A stretch of 64,000 nucleotides of DNA, from positions 852,697-916,696 of the forward strand of contig WELB01000007.1 of NCBI GenBank assembly GCA_009602725.1, read 5' to 3'. Shown piece after piece: positions 37,537 to 57,564 of this stretch (within the stretch, counting starts at the first letter, position 1; each line of letters starts with the position of its first letter). Source of the DNA: Spirogloea muscicola (taxonomy: Eukaryota). The translations under genes were made by a program, and so were the position numbers. The notes below the pieces were generated by a model, which did not search any database, was not told the DNA's origin, and saw only the letters and a list, made by a program, of their open reading frames with translations.

Positions 37537-38226
37537 CACCCAGGCTCTGCCTCTCCTGCCCCATGCTGCTTCCCGCCATGAACCCAACCGCTGCCTGGAA
37601 CGCCCTCACTTAGTCTCGCTTGATGGATTCTCACGCTTTCGCAGGCAGCCGTCATGGTTGCTGGCAATCCTCAACATGGTATCAGAGGCGGCAGCGAGGC
37701 GAACGTCCGGTTCCCATGACATCATTCGATGGCAAGGACTTCCTTTGAATGTTCGTCATGGAGCATCGCCTCAAGTCCGGTCGGGTTTGAGGAATATGCC
37801 CTAAATTTTTGGGTGTAGGGTTGAAACCCGACCGGACTTGAGGCGGTGCTCCATGATGCGCCTCCATAAGGGGAAGTCCTTGCCGTCGAACGGTGCGTAC
37901 CAGGTAACGGGTCCTGGCTGCCGCCTCTGAGACCATGGCGAAGATTGCCAGCATCCATGCCGGCTGGCTGCAGAAACGTGAAGATCTTTCAAGCTATCCT
38001 CAGCTTAGCTTGTCAGATATGCATGTGCTCACTCGGGGATATTAGTGTCCCCCTTAGCTAGCTCATTATCTCGTAACAGGACAGTCGTAAGGTTAGAATT
38101 GGCCTCGCTTTCAATGTCATGCGCACCGCGCGCCTTCTCTCAAGCGAGACTGAGTGAGAGCATCCAGGCAGCGGTTGGGTTCACGGCGGGGAGTAGCGTG
38201 GGGCAGGAGAGGCAGAGCCTGGGTGC
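37537..38226. mobile_element. Diverged inverted duplication of a Ty1/copia LTR end, PBS and gag N-terminus
   Basis: ..CAACA then TGGTATCAGAG (tRNA-iMet PBS, 37677-37687), then FDGKDF(PLWRRI)MEHRL. Arms are 37537-37788 and 37824-37985 plus 38140-38226. Confidence 0.75.
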
Positions 38227-38239
38227 GACAGAGAAATGA

Positions 38240-38800
38240 CACTCCTAATGGGAGCAAGGGCTGTGAAAAGCCAGCTCGAAAAGAATTGACAAAGGTTCGA
38301 AGGGGCCAAATGACGGAGGGGCCTAAAAAGCGCTAAGCAGCTACGAAGGGGCCTGAAGATGCTATGTCAGAACGGGGGAGGATGGACCACTCAGTAGTTA
38401 TGAGTGAGGAGCAAACTAGCTGCCGGAAAACTATCCCCCTGCCGAAAGCCTGAGGCCGCAGCGAGAGCACGACAGCACCCCCCGCTCGACATCGCTGGGG
38501 GGTGGGCAAGTGCCCTGCTTTATGCGGGTGTCCGGGCCCCGCGCCAGGCGCGTCGGGCGCGGAGGTCGCTGAAGGTGTGGTCACACAAGGTCTGTCGTCC
38601 CCGGTCGGAAAGGAAGTGCTCGCCCACAGAGAAGAGGGGCTGGCAAAGCCAGCCTAAAGAAGAATGGACAATGTCTAAAGCCAAAGAAAGAGGAGCCGGT
38701 AAAAGGACTACACTACAAAACACTGCAGAACAAATAGACGATGTAGAGGGAAGCTCAGTACCCACGAGTGAGCAACATCAGGTCTGAGTAGCTCGCCCCG
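38240..38800 (-). mobile_element. Two stacked CRE-like 3'-end fragments
   Basis: RALAAASGFRQGDSFPAAS..LLTHNY* (~38390-38470) and SYSDLMLLTRGY* (38756-38797; near-copy of 830-1010). Confidence 0.75.
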
Positions 38801-39469
38801 GTCTGCCTCCGGTCACTTCATATGACCTGCGGACAGCAGCTGTGGTGCGCCGTCACTCGGCGGCATTTCGCTCCTCTACGCAACTACCGGGTAACAGCGG
38901 TAAACCTTTCTGAATAAGGTTAGCACTATGGCTTCCAATCAGCCAAGTCTACCTGTCAAACCCCCGGATCCACAATACTCCACCTTAAGACTGCTGATGA
39001 CATGCCTTGACTAGCCCTGAGAGGTGCAGGCCTTCCTCACATGGGCAGGCCACATACAACCCCCTAGCTGATGCCCTCGGGTAGCAGATGCATACAATAC
39101 ACAGAAGCCAGCGAGCTCGCGGCACTCTAAGTTTGGCTGCTCCTCGTGCTGCTCTTGCCATCGAGACACCGCTCGAGCTGCTGCAGAAAGTCCATCCACC
39201 AAGACCTCAACGCCCCGTGAACTCGACTGCGAGTGGAACAAACTCATTCTCCACAGGATAGTTGGCATACTTCAATGCCTTTTACCTGGGCGGGAGAGCC
39301 ACTTTCGGGAGAGCAACTTTCTCTCTTTTCCCAGTCTGCATTAGCGACTGCGTGCCGTTCCTTTGAGTGAGAACGCAGGCGTTTGAAGGGGAGTGTGTGG
39401 TCGCCAGTCTCCTCCCCTAGTAGCTCGCGCTGCAAGCAATGAAATGTCACTAAGGGCAGCCGGGCGAGC

Positions 39470-39970
39470 AGCCCAGCTTAATGCTGCCGCATCGCTCGCT
39501 TACGTACATGCGCATTGCCTCTCGCTTCCTGCAAATTCAGGCGTTCGTCATGAATCTGCAAACAGGCCATGCCTCCTTGGTTGTTGCCTCAGGCATAGGC
39601 GGCAGAGAGACTATACTTTCTGGCGTTGCTTGGCTACGCAAACTGCTTCTTCCTAGTCGTTCTGACTTGCGGCTGTGGACCAGGGGTTTCTGAGCATCCA
39701 TCCGTAGTAGCCACTTGCTTTCTTGAGTGCTTTGCACTTCCCGGGCCCTTTGGACCTTGTCTACTCTTTCTGGGCTGGCCTTTCCAGCCATCGCCCCTTC
39801 TGCGTCTTCAAGAGCTTCTATTGCTCCTGCTGTGACTGTCCGTAGTAGCCACTTGTTCTGCCAAAGGGCTTGCGCTTGGGTGATGGGGCTTCCCTTTGAC
39901 CATTGTCAATTATTTTGGGCTGGCCTTTCACAGCCACTGCCGACTTTTGACGAGCCTTTTCATCTTTGGA
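39470..39970 (+). mobile_element. Degenerate CRE-like 3'-end fragment
   Basis: AASLAYV..MRIA...SDLRLWTRGF* (stop 39691-39693) followed by two UTR modules (~39750, ~39895). Confidence 0.65.
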
Positions 39971-41064
39971 AGCTTCAAATACGACGGGCACCTCAGGAAC
40001 ACTCCCGAGAATCATTTAACCCTGCTGGAGAGCGATCTTGAGATCCCACTCTAGGCGGTTGGCTGCAAGGAGCTTGACTTGGAACGATGGAGCAAGAGGT
40101 CAATTTACTAGTTGGAAAGGACGCCCACTCTGGAAGTCCAGTAGCTGCCTTGATGATGGAGATTTGCTCGTCAAGAGAGGACCCGGTGGCTGTTGAAGGC
40201 CAGCTTGTACCAGCCTGCAACATGAAGAAGGTTCAGGAGCAAGGCCCCCAGACAGATGGGCAGAATCTCCAACCAAAGTCTGGTAGTTGCAAGGACTGAT
40301 TGAACCCGACAGCTCCCAGTCTGCAACCCCACATGGGACAAGCTGGGAGAAGGACAGTAGACGTACTCAGCAACCTCATGGCCAAGAAGCACGCCCTGTG
40401 CTGCACTTGTCAGGTGAAATCTTTGAGGAGGGCGCATTTAGTTAAATGAGAATTGGTGCAGAGAGACTGAAGGATTCATTTGCATCGTTTGGAACTTCGC
40501 CATTAATTAGAACAAGAGCTGTGACTTGAGATGTTTTACATGTTGTCACAGCTCATGCTACAAATTGCTACGCCTAGAATGTTGGCCAATGCCATGACAC
40601 CGTGCATGGCTACCTGCAGTCATGTCCTGTCATTGCCAGCCCTGGCGCTGTGCACTTCAAGTGTTTGTAAGCTGACTGATGGTGTCTCCTTGTGCAGTTT
40701 AGTGCCTTCATCATGCAGACAACTATTGCACAGAACCCAGGCAGCACCCCTCTTTATGATGCCTAGGTTTTACTCATGACCGATGTGAGCAGCTTCTAAC
40801 CAACGTAATCACAAGCAAGGACTTCATTGATCTGCTTTGTGCTAGGTCAAGCTTCTCCAAGTGCTCAGGCGGTGGCAAGGTTGCGCATGGGAATAACTCC
40901 CCTGGCTCTACTTACTACCTCTGCCCTTGGTTTCCCATAACAGGTAATTTTGAACGGCTAACCAAAAGCCGGAAAGCTATCTGCAACATGGACGCCTACC
41001 GCAATACAGACCAAGGGCAAGCGTGGTGGAGCCATGCAGGGTGGAGAATGAAGAAGCAAGTTCG

Positions 41065-44000
41065 TCAGGACTCCGCTGCTTGCGTGCTTGTGCTGCCGAG
41101 GAGCCGGAGATTGCGATCCTTGGTTGCCACAGCTAAGTAGCTCGCATTTGGTCCAAACTTGATATCAGTGACCACCCCTGCAGAAAGCCAGAGACACATC
41201 AATCACCAGCCCTAGACCATAAGCCAGGAAGCAGCAAACTCGAGGTTTGTGACCAACCTTCTGATGCAAGTGGTGATAGACAGCTCATATGACAGAAAGT
41301 GCGAACGGTGCAAACATAGAACCTATTAAGCACTGCTTCATGGGCTCTGCTACAAGCTCTACGTTACAAAGGAAGTTGCAGACACAAATTACACTGAATC
41401 ATTCCAATAATGACCAAGCACATGCGGTTGCCAGCTCTTACAGGTACTAGTCTAAACTCTGCACCCACTGAATTCTGCAAGCCTCACTCAAGAGTCAGTG
41501 CAAGCCTGCCAACCTGTTCCTGATAAGTCAGGAATGGTTTTGATGACATTCCATTCCTGTTTAACAGTGCCCACTTGGTAGATCCTGCAATGAGCCATGG
41601 TGATGAAGAGCTTCAGGCATTCGGACTTCACAGAAGTCAATCAAAGTGTATTCTAGAAATTCTTGTCAATCGATTACAGACTCCAAAGATACCAGTACCT
41701 GATGTCGGCACCCGCTATAGCAAGGTAACTGCCACTGTGGTCGAATGCAACTGCAGAACCAACACCGTCCACGTCGCTTAAGTTCAAGACAGCAATACAT
41801 TCCTTGAGGCCTAGGTCTTGATCTGTAACTTCGTAGCAAGCTGTGCTTAGAAAGTATCACTTGCACTGAGATGAATGCAAACAGACTTGCAAACAGACTT
41901 TAGAGGCTGCTCACCTGCATTGGTAGGTGTATTGGCGTCGTATGGAGCAAATGAGCGGAAATTACGGAGTTTTCGCAAGTCCCACAACTTGACACCATCC
42001 ATGGCAGCAGTCTGCCAATGACAAGCGTGATGATCCAAGAACGGTCACTGAAGGTTTTCTTGCAATCCAGGTGTAACAATTGTTATATCTTATGCTTGCG
42101 TGACATAAAGCCAAAAAAATGTTTGCTTACATCCGATCTGACATCCCAGCCAGAACGCTTACCGCCAGGAAGTAGCCGTTCTCAGAGAACGACATGCCTG
42201 TCACGGGACCTGAGTGGCCCTCAAACTTGGCAAGATGCTCCTGCACACCATGAAAATATGCCTGAGTGACAAATTGGCTCATGAAGAGGGTCACTGGCTG
42301 GTGCAACCACAAATCCAACACAAATTCTCATTGCTTTCCTGAGAGTAGCAGGAGATGGAGAACCTGGTTCTTAACGTCCCAGATACGAACAGCGGATTCA
42401 GCGGTGCCCGTGCCCAGTATGAGGCCATCGGGGTGGAATGCTGCCACAGTGTATGCATCCTCCACTGTCGGGTCCATGACCTGCAGATTTATGAATGTCA
42501 ACTCTTGCATCCGAAGCAGGACAGAGAGGTGTACACGCATGCAGTCATCCCCCAATATGCTGTATACATCAAGACCTCCTTACTCGTCTATGAGATGAGA
42601 TGATGCTTCAAAAGTATGCAAGGTGGTGCGAAGCTCAGAGAAAACATTGACTGTGGATTTTGCAACCAGACGCATACCTGTGTCAGGCACAGGCCGCTTT
42701 GCACCTCGTAGAAGCACCAAGACCGATCCGCAGAAACGCTGACAAAGTAATCATTGGTGGCATGGACAGTGCAGGATTTAACCTGGACCAACAGGAGGAG
42801 GTAGGCTGTCAGCCAGGCACGTGGAGCAAGCTCAGCACAAGACTTCCTGATCTACAGCATCGATAGATGCTTGAGAATGATGCACTGTACTGCAAGCAAA
42901 GTCACCTCTGCTGTGTGCTCAGTCAAGACGTGCTTGCACTCGTAGGCACCTTCCTCACCCTCTTTCCAGATGCGGACCGTCTGCAAGAACCCAGGGTGAG
43001 CAGCTCTTAGCGCAGCCAGGCACGGGACTTCAAAGGACGCTTACAACTTGCAAGACTGCACCTACTTCTCAGATACTAGACACTAGAGGCTGGCACTCAC
43101 CTTATCTGCTGAGGCTGTAAGAAGGTACTCTTTCTCTGGTACGAACCTGACACTCGTGACCTGTCAGTTTACAAGCATGAGCCCCTGCGACATTGTCAGA
43201 CCAAGGTTACATTCCCAGCTGGTGCAGACATTTGAAGTCCCTGTGACAAGCATGTGAGTCAAGCTTAGACAAGTAAACTGGGAATGGTCACCCGCTTAGT
43301 GTGCCCTGCCAGAGAGGCCTTGATCTCCCCTGATGCTCTGTCAAAGACAACCGCAGAGCTGTCGATTCCGCCTGTGAGGATGAGGTCCTTGCTGGCGTCA
43401 ATGTCCAGCGAGAGGATGCCCGGCTTGTTCGTCTTGTGCAGCGGGTGACTCGAGAGCTGGGTGAAGGCCTCCAGAGCTTCTGGAGCTGCCAAGGTGGCAG
43501 GTATCTGCCAAGAAAAGCAAGGGGCCTTGGCTCAGCTAGCTACCGATGCTACGAGAATATCCAGGGTCCCAAGCAAGGACGGCAGGTCGATCAGAACAGC
43601 TAGACGAGGTAGTCACCTGCCGCTTCTTCCGTGCACTGGATAGACGAGCATTGCAGTCTGTCAATGCTGCTATGATCTCCTCTGTGATGCCACCTTGTGG
43701 TTTCTTGGCAGCTACATCTCCATCTTGCATCACCTCATCGTCCACCTCTGCCAGCCAGAAGAACTTGATGAGGCTGAGATGCGGGGACCCAAGCTTCAAG
43801 CTCTGCTTAGCTTTACCATGAAGCTCCAAGATTGCAGGCCATACTGTCACTGATGTGCTTAAGCAGGCCCTACAGCGACCTTAGGTACAAACCTCGCTTC
43901 CCATTTGCTGCAATCATGGGGACAGGCTGAGCATCGAAGGCAACATGCGCATTTGCCGACAGCAGCGCCCGGGCTTCGTCCCTTTCCTTTTTCAACCGGG

Positions 44001-45907
44001 CAATCACACGGCATGCCGCATCATGCTGGACAACAAGCGGTGCACATATGATGTGAGCCTTAGTCAAAGACTACCTGAGCATTAAAGTGACTATGCCTTG
44101 AACAGTAACATCTGGACCAGGTTATGACGATAAGGGCCTTGTCTTCCAATCAATGTAGCTTGGCATACGTGCCTGATAGAGCGCATGCGAGAGCTCTTGC
44201 CGGACTGTGTGCAGCTGCTGCTCCAGAGCGTAGCTTCCAAGGACATGTGAATCCCACTCCTGTCCAAGACAGAGGTGCAAGCTGGCCTATGAGAGAATTG
44301 ATATGCGAGGAAGTCGTTGTTGCAACTGCATTCTTCAGGACGAGCTGGTCACAGCAAGCATTCTCAACATACAGCAGTGTGAATCGTCCATTGGCAGACC
44401 TTGTCCCCATCTGTAATCAAATTGTTCATGACTAACCTCAACACAATTACCTCGAAGTATCAACCACTGGCAACTACCTGGACGCAACCAATGGTTCTGC
44501 CTGCAGTCTGCAGAAAAGCCTCAATAAGCTGAGCTTGATTGGCACTCACATTCTGGAAAATGTGCAGCATGCCCGGGATGCTGGCTGCTTGCAAGGGCCG
44601 AGGCTTTACAGCCTGCAGGAATTTAGGGTGTGGAGAGCAAGGAAAGTCAGGGAGTAAAGTGTTTGGGTACACGAAGAGGCTAAGTGCCACCGATCAGCAC
44701 ACGACCATCCAGTCAGTGGACCGTTACACTTTTTCACATTTCCAGTGTCCAACATGTATGAGTACATAAGCTGCATAGGACTGCATCATGAGCTGCTAGC
44801 CCAGCAAGCAACACAGCGCTGCACAGTCTGTCCTGTCAAGCCTCCTGCAATTGCAGTTTTCAATCATGCCCAGGCATTCCAGTGTGAGCATACAAGAGCC
44901 AGAGCGAGATTGCTTCCAGGCAGTGTGACGTCAGTTTGAGTGACTTATGATGGCGTCTGCGTGCGCACCTTGTTGGACTTGATGGGCAGGAGGTCATCTT
45001 CTGCCAAGGGCTCTCCAGTGACCGGGTCCGAGCCATGCTCCTGCCCGCCCCCAGACTTGCACAGTTCGTTAGCGAGACGAGGGATTGCCAGCCATACCTC
45101 TACACCAGAAGGACACGAGCAAGTGCCATGTCTGCAGAGCTCCTGAGCTGAGCCCCAAATCAAATCGGTTGTATAACTCCGTCAGTCATTGCCAATGGCT
45201 CCAGGCTTGATGCCAGCCATGGTTTTCACGTCCACCATGATCACCTTACATCCCCCCCCCCCGCCCCCTTGCTCTCACTGGCAGCCACGGTGCTCACCGC
45301 GATGTACTGCTGCACGAGCCGCTTCTCAAAGAGCAGGCCCGACTTCTTCGACACCACGGGGTCCTCCGGGGAGACGCCAGAAACTGTGGGAGCGGCAGCG
45401 AGCGCACGAGGAGTGGCTCAGCAAAAAGGCCCAACGAGGTCGCGAAACGAGCGGCAGGCTGGTCACACATGCGCTATCCTGCGCCTCAGCACGCTGGAGT
45501 CCGTCTGTTGCGGAGCTTCTAGCAGCTGGCTGCGCAGAGCAACCCCAGAAGCGTCCAGCAGGATATCTGAGGCCATGCAGCCAGTGCCAACTAGCAATCT
45601 GAGAGCCCTGCAACGAGCAGGGCGCACTGTATGGCAGGCCGCCGGCCATGGCGCCACGGCGTAGCGCTAGTGGATCGTGGCTTCTGGCTAGGTGTGGCAG
45701 CACCCATGCACAGCTGGTGCGCTGGACAGCGGGACAAGAAGTGGCGTAGGGGGCATGGCAGCCGTCCGCCGTGCTGCTGTGGAAGCTGGCGCAAGGCTCC
45801 CAAGGAAGCAAGATCGGGATCTCAAGCCAAGCCCGCGGGGTGCAGAACACTAGACGGTCATGGCGGACGGGGCCGACGTCGGCTTGTTGCTCACTTGCGC
45901 AGAACAT
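41065..45907 (-). CDS. PRP19: Pre-mRNA-processing factor 19 (U-box, coiled coil, WD40; MAC3 orthologue), multi-exon
   Basis: [98 protein letters not shown] and VKLWDLRKL. Stop TGA 41065-41067. Confidence 0.96.
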
Positions 45908-46047
45908 TGCGGCGGCGGCCGCCTCGCAGCGACGGCTGTGGCCGGGCCGGGGGTGCTGCCCGGCGGAGCCACTGCCTCAAGGCGCCGCCATCGGCCGCCG
46001 CCGCAGATGCAGGGACGAGCCTCCCGGCGCCGGCACGGCGGCCGTCG

Positions 46048-46402
<355 letters not shown>

Positions 46403-46578
46403 GGAGGCGGCGGCGGCGGCGCCGGACGTGGCGCGCTACCCGCCGGCGCGCGTGCGCAACTTCTCGGTCGTGGCGCACGTGGACCACGGCAAGTCGACGC
46501 TGGCGGACCGCCTGCTGGAGCTCACCGGCACCATCAAGCGCGGCGCCGCTCAGCCGCAGTACCTGGACAAGCTCCATG
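46403..46578 (+). pseudogene. Orphan N-terminal exon of translation factor GUF1/LepA (EF-4)
   Basis: [40 protein letters not shown]. No downstream ERERGIT exon was seen anywhere in the window. Confidence 0.85.
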
Positions 46579-46585
46579 CGCGCTT

Positions 46586-46616
<31 letters not shown>

Positions 46617-46704
46617 TCCGCGCCTACCGTCCCGGGGCCGCTCGCAGACGCCGCCTGCGCGCGGCCGCCGTGATCTCATCTGGCGCCGCGGAGGCCGGCT
46701 CCAG

Positions 46705-53084
<6,380 letters not shown>

Positions 53085-53670
53085 AGCCCCAGGGTTGTGC
53101 ATGGGTGCCATCGATCATTTATGTATATTAATTGAGACCTGTTCAAATGAACACGTGTTAAAGTCACTATATGGGCGGCCAACTGTATGGGGGGCCACCC
53201 CTGTTCTCCTCATTGAGCTCAATACCACACATGTTCACGGGCTGCTCACTGATGTCTATGCTAGTGAGCCCTTCACTTCTACTACTCCTTTACTCCAAGA
53301 AGGGTCTGAGACTCTCACACCACCTTCCACCACCTTCCACCACCTTCGGGGCCTTCCATTGCCAAGTGCTGCCACGGCAGGGCCATACTGTGTTGTATAC
53401 AACACAGTATGTAATGGCCTGACAATGTATTGTACCATTTTTGTTGCTCTGCAACACCTGTTCAAGTCCATTCTTCATATTTGTCGCTCTCAATTGCAGA
53501 CGTGAGTAGTCATGAGCATTCTACAATGGCCTACTGATAATGACGGGTCTCGAAAGTATGGCTAGCTGTTATCTGCTGTTTCTTGGAGGGGCTAAGAGAG
53601 GCAAGACTGGTGAGTGTCACTGCCTGTAGCTTCGGCATGCCTACTGGTCGATCCAAGCTATCAATTCTCA

Positions 53671-53759
53671 GAGTGCCGCTGCTGGAATATCAATAGGTGA
53701 TGACGAGTCTTATTTTCTGAGTGCCGCTGCTGGAATATGAATAGGTGATGAGGAGTCTT
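53671..53759. repeat. Tandem duplication, period 48 bp
   Basis: GAGTGCCGCTGCTGGAATAT(C/G)AATAGGTGATGA(C/G)GAGTCTT at 53671 and 53719. Confidence 0.9.
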
Positions 53760-55697
53760 TGAATGTTGGACAGGACATTCTCGTGGTCGGGGGCGTCAAC
53801 TCTGCTCCGCTGGTCGAGCGCGACGACTTCTTCACGCGCTCGACTGAACGAAAGCACCAAGCCGCAGGTGCAGTAACTGTATAATTACAGGATGGTGTCA
53901 GCTGACCTGGTATTCCCATCATTGACCCCGATTTGTCAAGCTCCAAAGCTCCTCCTGTAGAGGATGATACCCTTCAGAGGCGACAGGAGTCAGTGCTGTT
54001 GGAGAGGTGGTGTGACGCGAGCAGGAGACAAAGGAGGGTATGAGGGGGGATACTCTTGGTGGGTAAGCGAGTAATGGGGGGTGTACAGGAGGCACGAAGC
54101 TGGGGGGAGTGTGCAGGCAGTTACTGTTCCTGCCAAAGCCAGCAAAGTGCTCGCAAACAGATTGGCTCCTATACGAGGCAGTGCTATAGAAGCCAGAGCA
54201 GAGGCTGCATCCAAGAGGGTGCTGTGAAAGGGCAGCCCAGATAATAAGGAGAAACTCGAGGAAAGCAGGATACTAAGTGTTGCATAGTAGAGATGAAAAT
54301 TTCGTGCTTACTAACAAAGCCTCTCGCCAGGAGGGCCCGCTGAGTGGCAGATGTTTAACGAAATTGAAGAGCTGAAGAGGGAGCAGAACCAGGCCGCGCA
54401 GCTCTGAAGCTCACCCAGCACAATGACGAGGTCATGAAGTTTGGAGCAGTATATAGTTACGGACAGCAATCTACCAGACAGACGGCAGACCTGAGGGCAC
54501 GAACCTTCAGAAGCGTATTTTTCTCCATTGCCTAATCTTACACAATTAAGCAAGCAGCTCAAGGACACTGGACCACCTGCCACTGTAAGCCCTTTGTACG
54601 ACATGGCTTAATCTGGAAAGTTGTCGCCAGCATGAATAGTCCTGGTAAGAGTCATTAGGGGATAAGATTCATCATGCCGTTTCTGAAGTTGTCGATGAGG
54701 AGGACATTTAAAAGGAGCTGCCTGCGCCATTGAAAGGGATCTCCATCACATTTACAATAACACGTTGACCGGGCTTGGGACACAAGCAGCACCTCTCTAA
54801 GGGCGGCTTGGTTCCCAACTTGAATAAAGATGCATGATGCACTGTACAAAACTTACGAGAGCTTGTTACCCTGATGCCTGAAGCGAAGCGCAGTTTTTAA
54901 AGCAGCCATGCAATAATCTTTTTCTCAACGACAAAACTGGAGGTGTACGTGGTAGGATGGGGCAGGTAGTAAGCGAAGGATGAGAATGGTGCAAGCAATC
55001 TTTGTCAGTGCAATTTGAAATGGCGTAGGAGTTCGTCTGGCAGCAATGATGTACTGGACGTCCTGTCTAGCAGGAACTGCTCGCAGAGGATGGCCGGAGC
55101 TTGCATGCTAAGCCAATTGATGGTTACCTGACGGAGGAGGATTTTGAGATTATTGCTAAGGATACACCTATTTCATTTCGTTGATTCCAAAGAGGAAGCT
55201 TGCCACTAGTCCGGCAACGAGCATGATTCGTGTAAAGATCCATCTCTGTTGCCCCTGATTGTGAAAGATCTGCCGACTTCTTTCTACCATCGAGGACGCA
55301 GTCAATGACCATAGGGTTACGTATCAGATCATGGCCCCTCAGATGGCTGCAGGTGGCCGGCAGACGCTCTCAAGGGGACTGCTGCAAATCAAGAACGACG
55401 CTTCTCACTCATGTTCCATCTCTGCATAGGCTAAAAAGTCAATTGTTGATACACTCGTTGGCCGAACACTTTCAAGGATGCAACTGAAGGTATCTCGGAC
55501 AAAAATGAAGTGGAGTGACATGTATGCACAGAGCAGGCAGCACAAGCTTACAGAGCGGCAATGAGGATAGCGATTGTAAGAGGTGAAGGCTACAGGCTTG
55601 GCAAGTGAGGCTGCAATATGGGGGCTCTAAGTTGCCCCTTGGGCATGAAAAGCAATGGTGGCATGTTGGTGAGTGGCAAGGTAGCACGCGCAGCAAA

Positions 55698-56457
55698 CTA
55701 GCAGGCCGCGACTTCCCAGCAGGCTGGCAAGAGGCGGGCTGGTGCAGACAGTGCAGTGTGGCGGTGATGCCTCCGCAGGGTGAAGCGAGTCAGGCAGCAC
55801 TTGCCAATGGGCTGCCATGGCAGCAGCGACTCCGAGCCCCTGGAGCAGTCTACCTGCGGCAGTCCAACGAGGACGTCCAACCAGGACCAGTACTCAGGAA
55901 ACGGCAAGTGGGTGCTCCACGGCAGAGAGGCAACGTTAGAGTGGGGACGAAGATGGGGTCAGAGAAGCCCTCATGCGCACCGGAAGGAGCTCGTAGGAAT
56001 TGGCGTCCAGGCCGAGCAGCGGCAGCCGGTCGCCGCGCCGGTGCTCGGCCAGAGCGAGCCCGATGACGCGCTGCACCGAGGTGCTGGGGGGCACGGCGAG
56101 CGCCAGCGGCTACCTGTTGCCGGGCACGCCGACCGCCACTCGCAGCAGCTCCTCGTCCCCCGGCTGCGCACGAGTCTCCACCAAGCTGCCATGAGCATTG
56201 CCGGCCCGTAGCCAGTTGTGCCAATGGAGACGACATAGTCACAGCCATGATAGTGCAGCGCTGGAGCGAGGCGCGGCCCCTCACCCGCTGCTCGGCCGGC
56301 TCGTCAGTCTTGAGCAGCGTGGACAGCTGCGACTTGACTGCCGCCGGCCGGTCGGCGACGGCCCGGGAGGCGAAGCCGCCGTCGAGCGCGGCGGTCACGG
56401 CGGCGGCGGGCTCCGCCGGCCGGAAGCGAACGACGCGGCGGGGCAGGTGCAGCGGCG
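55698..56457 (-). pseudogene. Spliced gene with a ubiquitin-like domain resembling plant DUF7054/At4g22758-like proteins and the SIN1 CRIM domain; in-frame TAG; 5' end in gap
   Basis: Three exons join in phase 0: KSQLSTLLKTDEPAEQR|PGDEELLRVAVGVPGNR*PLALAVPPSTSVQRVIGLALAEHRRGDRLPLLGLDANSYELLP|VDCSRGSESLLPWQPIGKCCLTRFTL. Stop at 56110-56112. Confidence 0.6.
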
Positions 56458-57406
56458 NNNNNNNNNNNNNNNNNNNNNNNNNNNNNNNNNNNNNNNNNNN
56501 NNNNNNNNNNNNNNNNNNNNNNNNNNNNNNNNNNNNNNNNNNNNNNNNNNNNNNNNNNNNNNNNNNNNNNNNNNNNNNNNNNNNNNNNNNNNNNNNNNNN
56601 NNNNNNNNNNNNNNNNNNNNNNNNNNNNNNNNNNNNNNNNNNNNNNNNNNNNNNNNNNNNNNNNNNNNNNNNNNNNNNNNNNNNNNNNNNNNNNNNNNNN
56701 NNNNNNNNNNNNNNNNNNNNNNNNNNNNNNNNNNNNNNNNNNNNNNNNNNNNNNNNNNNNNNNNNNNNNNNNNNNNNNNNNNNNNNNNNNNNNNNNNNNN
56801 NNNNNNNNNNNNNNNNNNNNNNNNNNNNNNNNNNNNNNNNNNNNNNNNNNNNNNNNNNNNNNNNNNNNNNNNNNNNNNNNNNNNNNNNNNNNNNNNNNNN
56901 NNNNNNNNNNNNNNNNNNNNNNNNNNNNNNNNNNNNNNNNNNNNNNNNNNNNNNNNNNNNNNNNNNNNNNNNNNNNNNNNNNNNNNNNNNNNNNNNNNNN
57001 NNNNNNNNNNNNNNNNNNNNNNNNNNNNNNNNNNNNNNNNNNNNNNNNNNNNNNNNNNNNNNNNNNNNNNNNNNNNNNNNNNNNNNNNNNNNNNNNNNNN
57101 NNNNNNNNNNNNNNNNNNNNNNNNNNNNNNNNNNNNNNNNNNNNNNNNNNNNNNNNNNNNNNNNNNNNNNNNNNNNNNNNNNNNNNNNNNNNNNNNNNNN
57201 NNNNNNNNNNNNNNNNNNNNNNNNNNNNNNNNNNNNNNNNNNNNNNNNNNNNNNNNNNNNNNNNNNNNNNNNNNNNNNNNNNNNNNNNNNNNNNNNNNNN
57301 NNNNNNNNNNNNNNNNNNNNNNNNNNNNNNNNNNNNNNNNNNNNNNNNNNNNNNNNNNNNNNNNNNNNNNNNNNNNNNNNNNNNNNNNNNNNNNNNNNNN
57401 NNNNNN
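56458..57406. other. Assembly gap
   Basis: N run. Confidence 1.
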
Positions 57407-57518
57407 CGGGGCGGGTGGGGGGGGGGAGGTGGGTGCCGCCCGGGCGAGGCGCGACAGCCGGCGCCGGAGTGGCTGCCGGGGAGGGAGGCGACCCCCCGCC
57501 TGATCCACCCCTCTCCAC

Positions 57519-57564
57519 CACGTGGCACGAGCACCCTGCGGCGCGCCGTCAGCATGACACGTGG
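57519..57564. promoter_or_regulatory. Paired G-box/ABRE motifs in a GC-rich putative promoter
   Basis: CACGTGGC (57519-57526) and GACACGTGG (57556-57564). Confidence 0.35.

Noticed and set aside
38800..40450. ORF-like stretches at ~39010-39450 and ~40000-40440
   Set aside because: No family motif recognised; may be degraded TE interior.
53780..55340. Possible decayed minus-strand gene (a faint ELMO-like ELRGLVLLPLQLFNF)
   Set aside because: Multiple stops and similarity too weak to support without a search.
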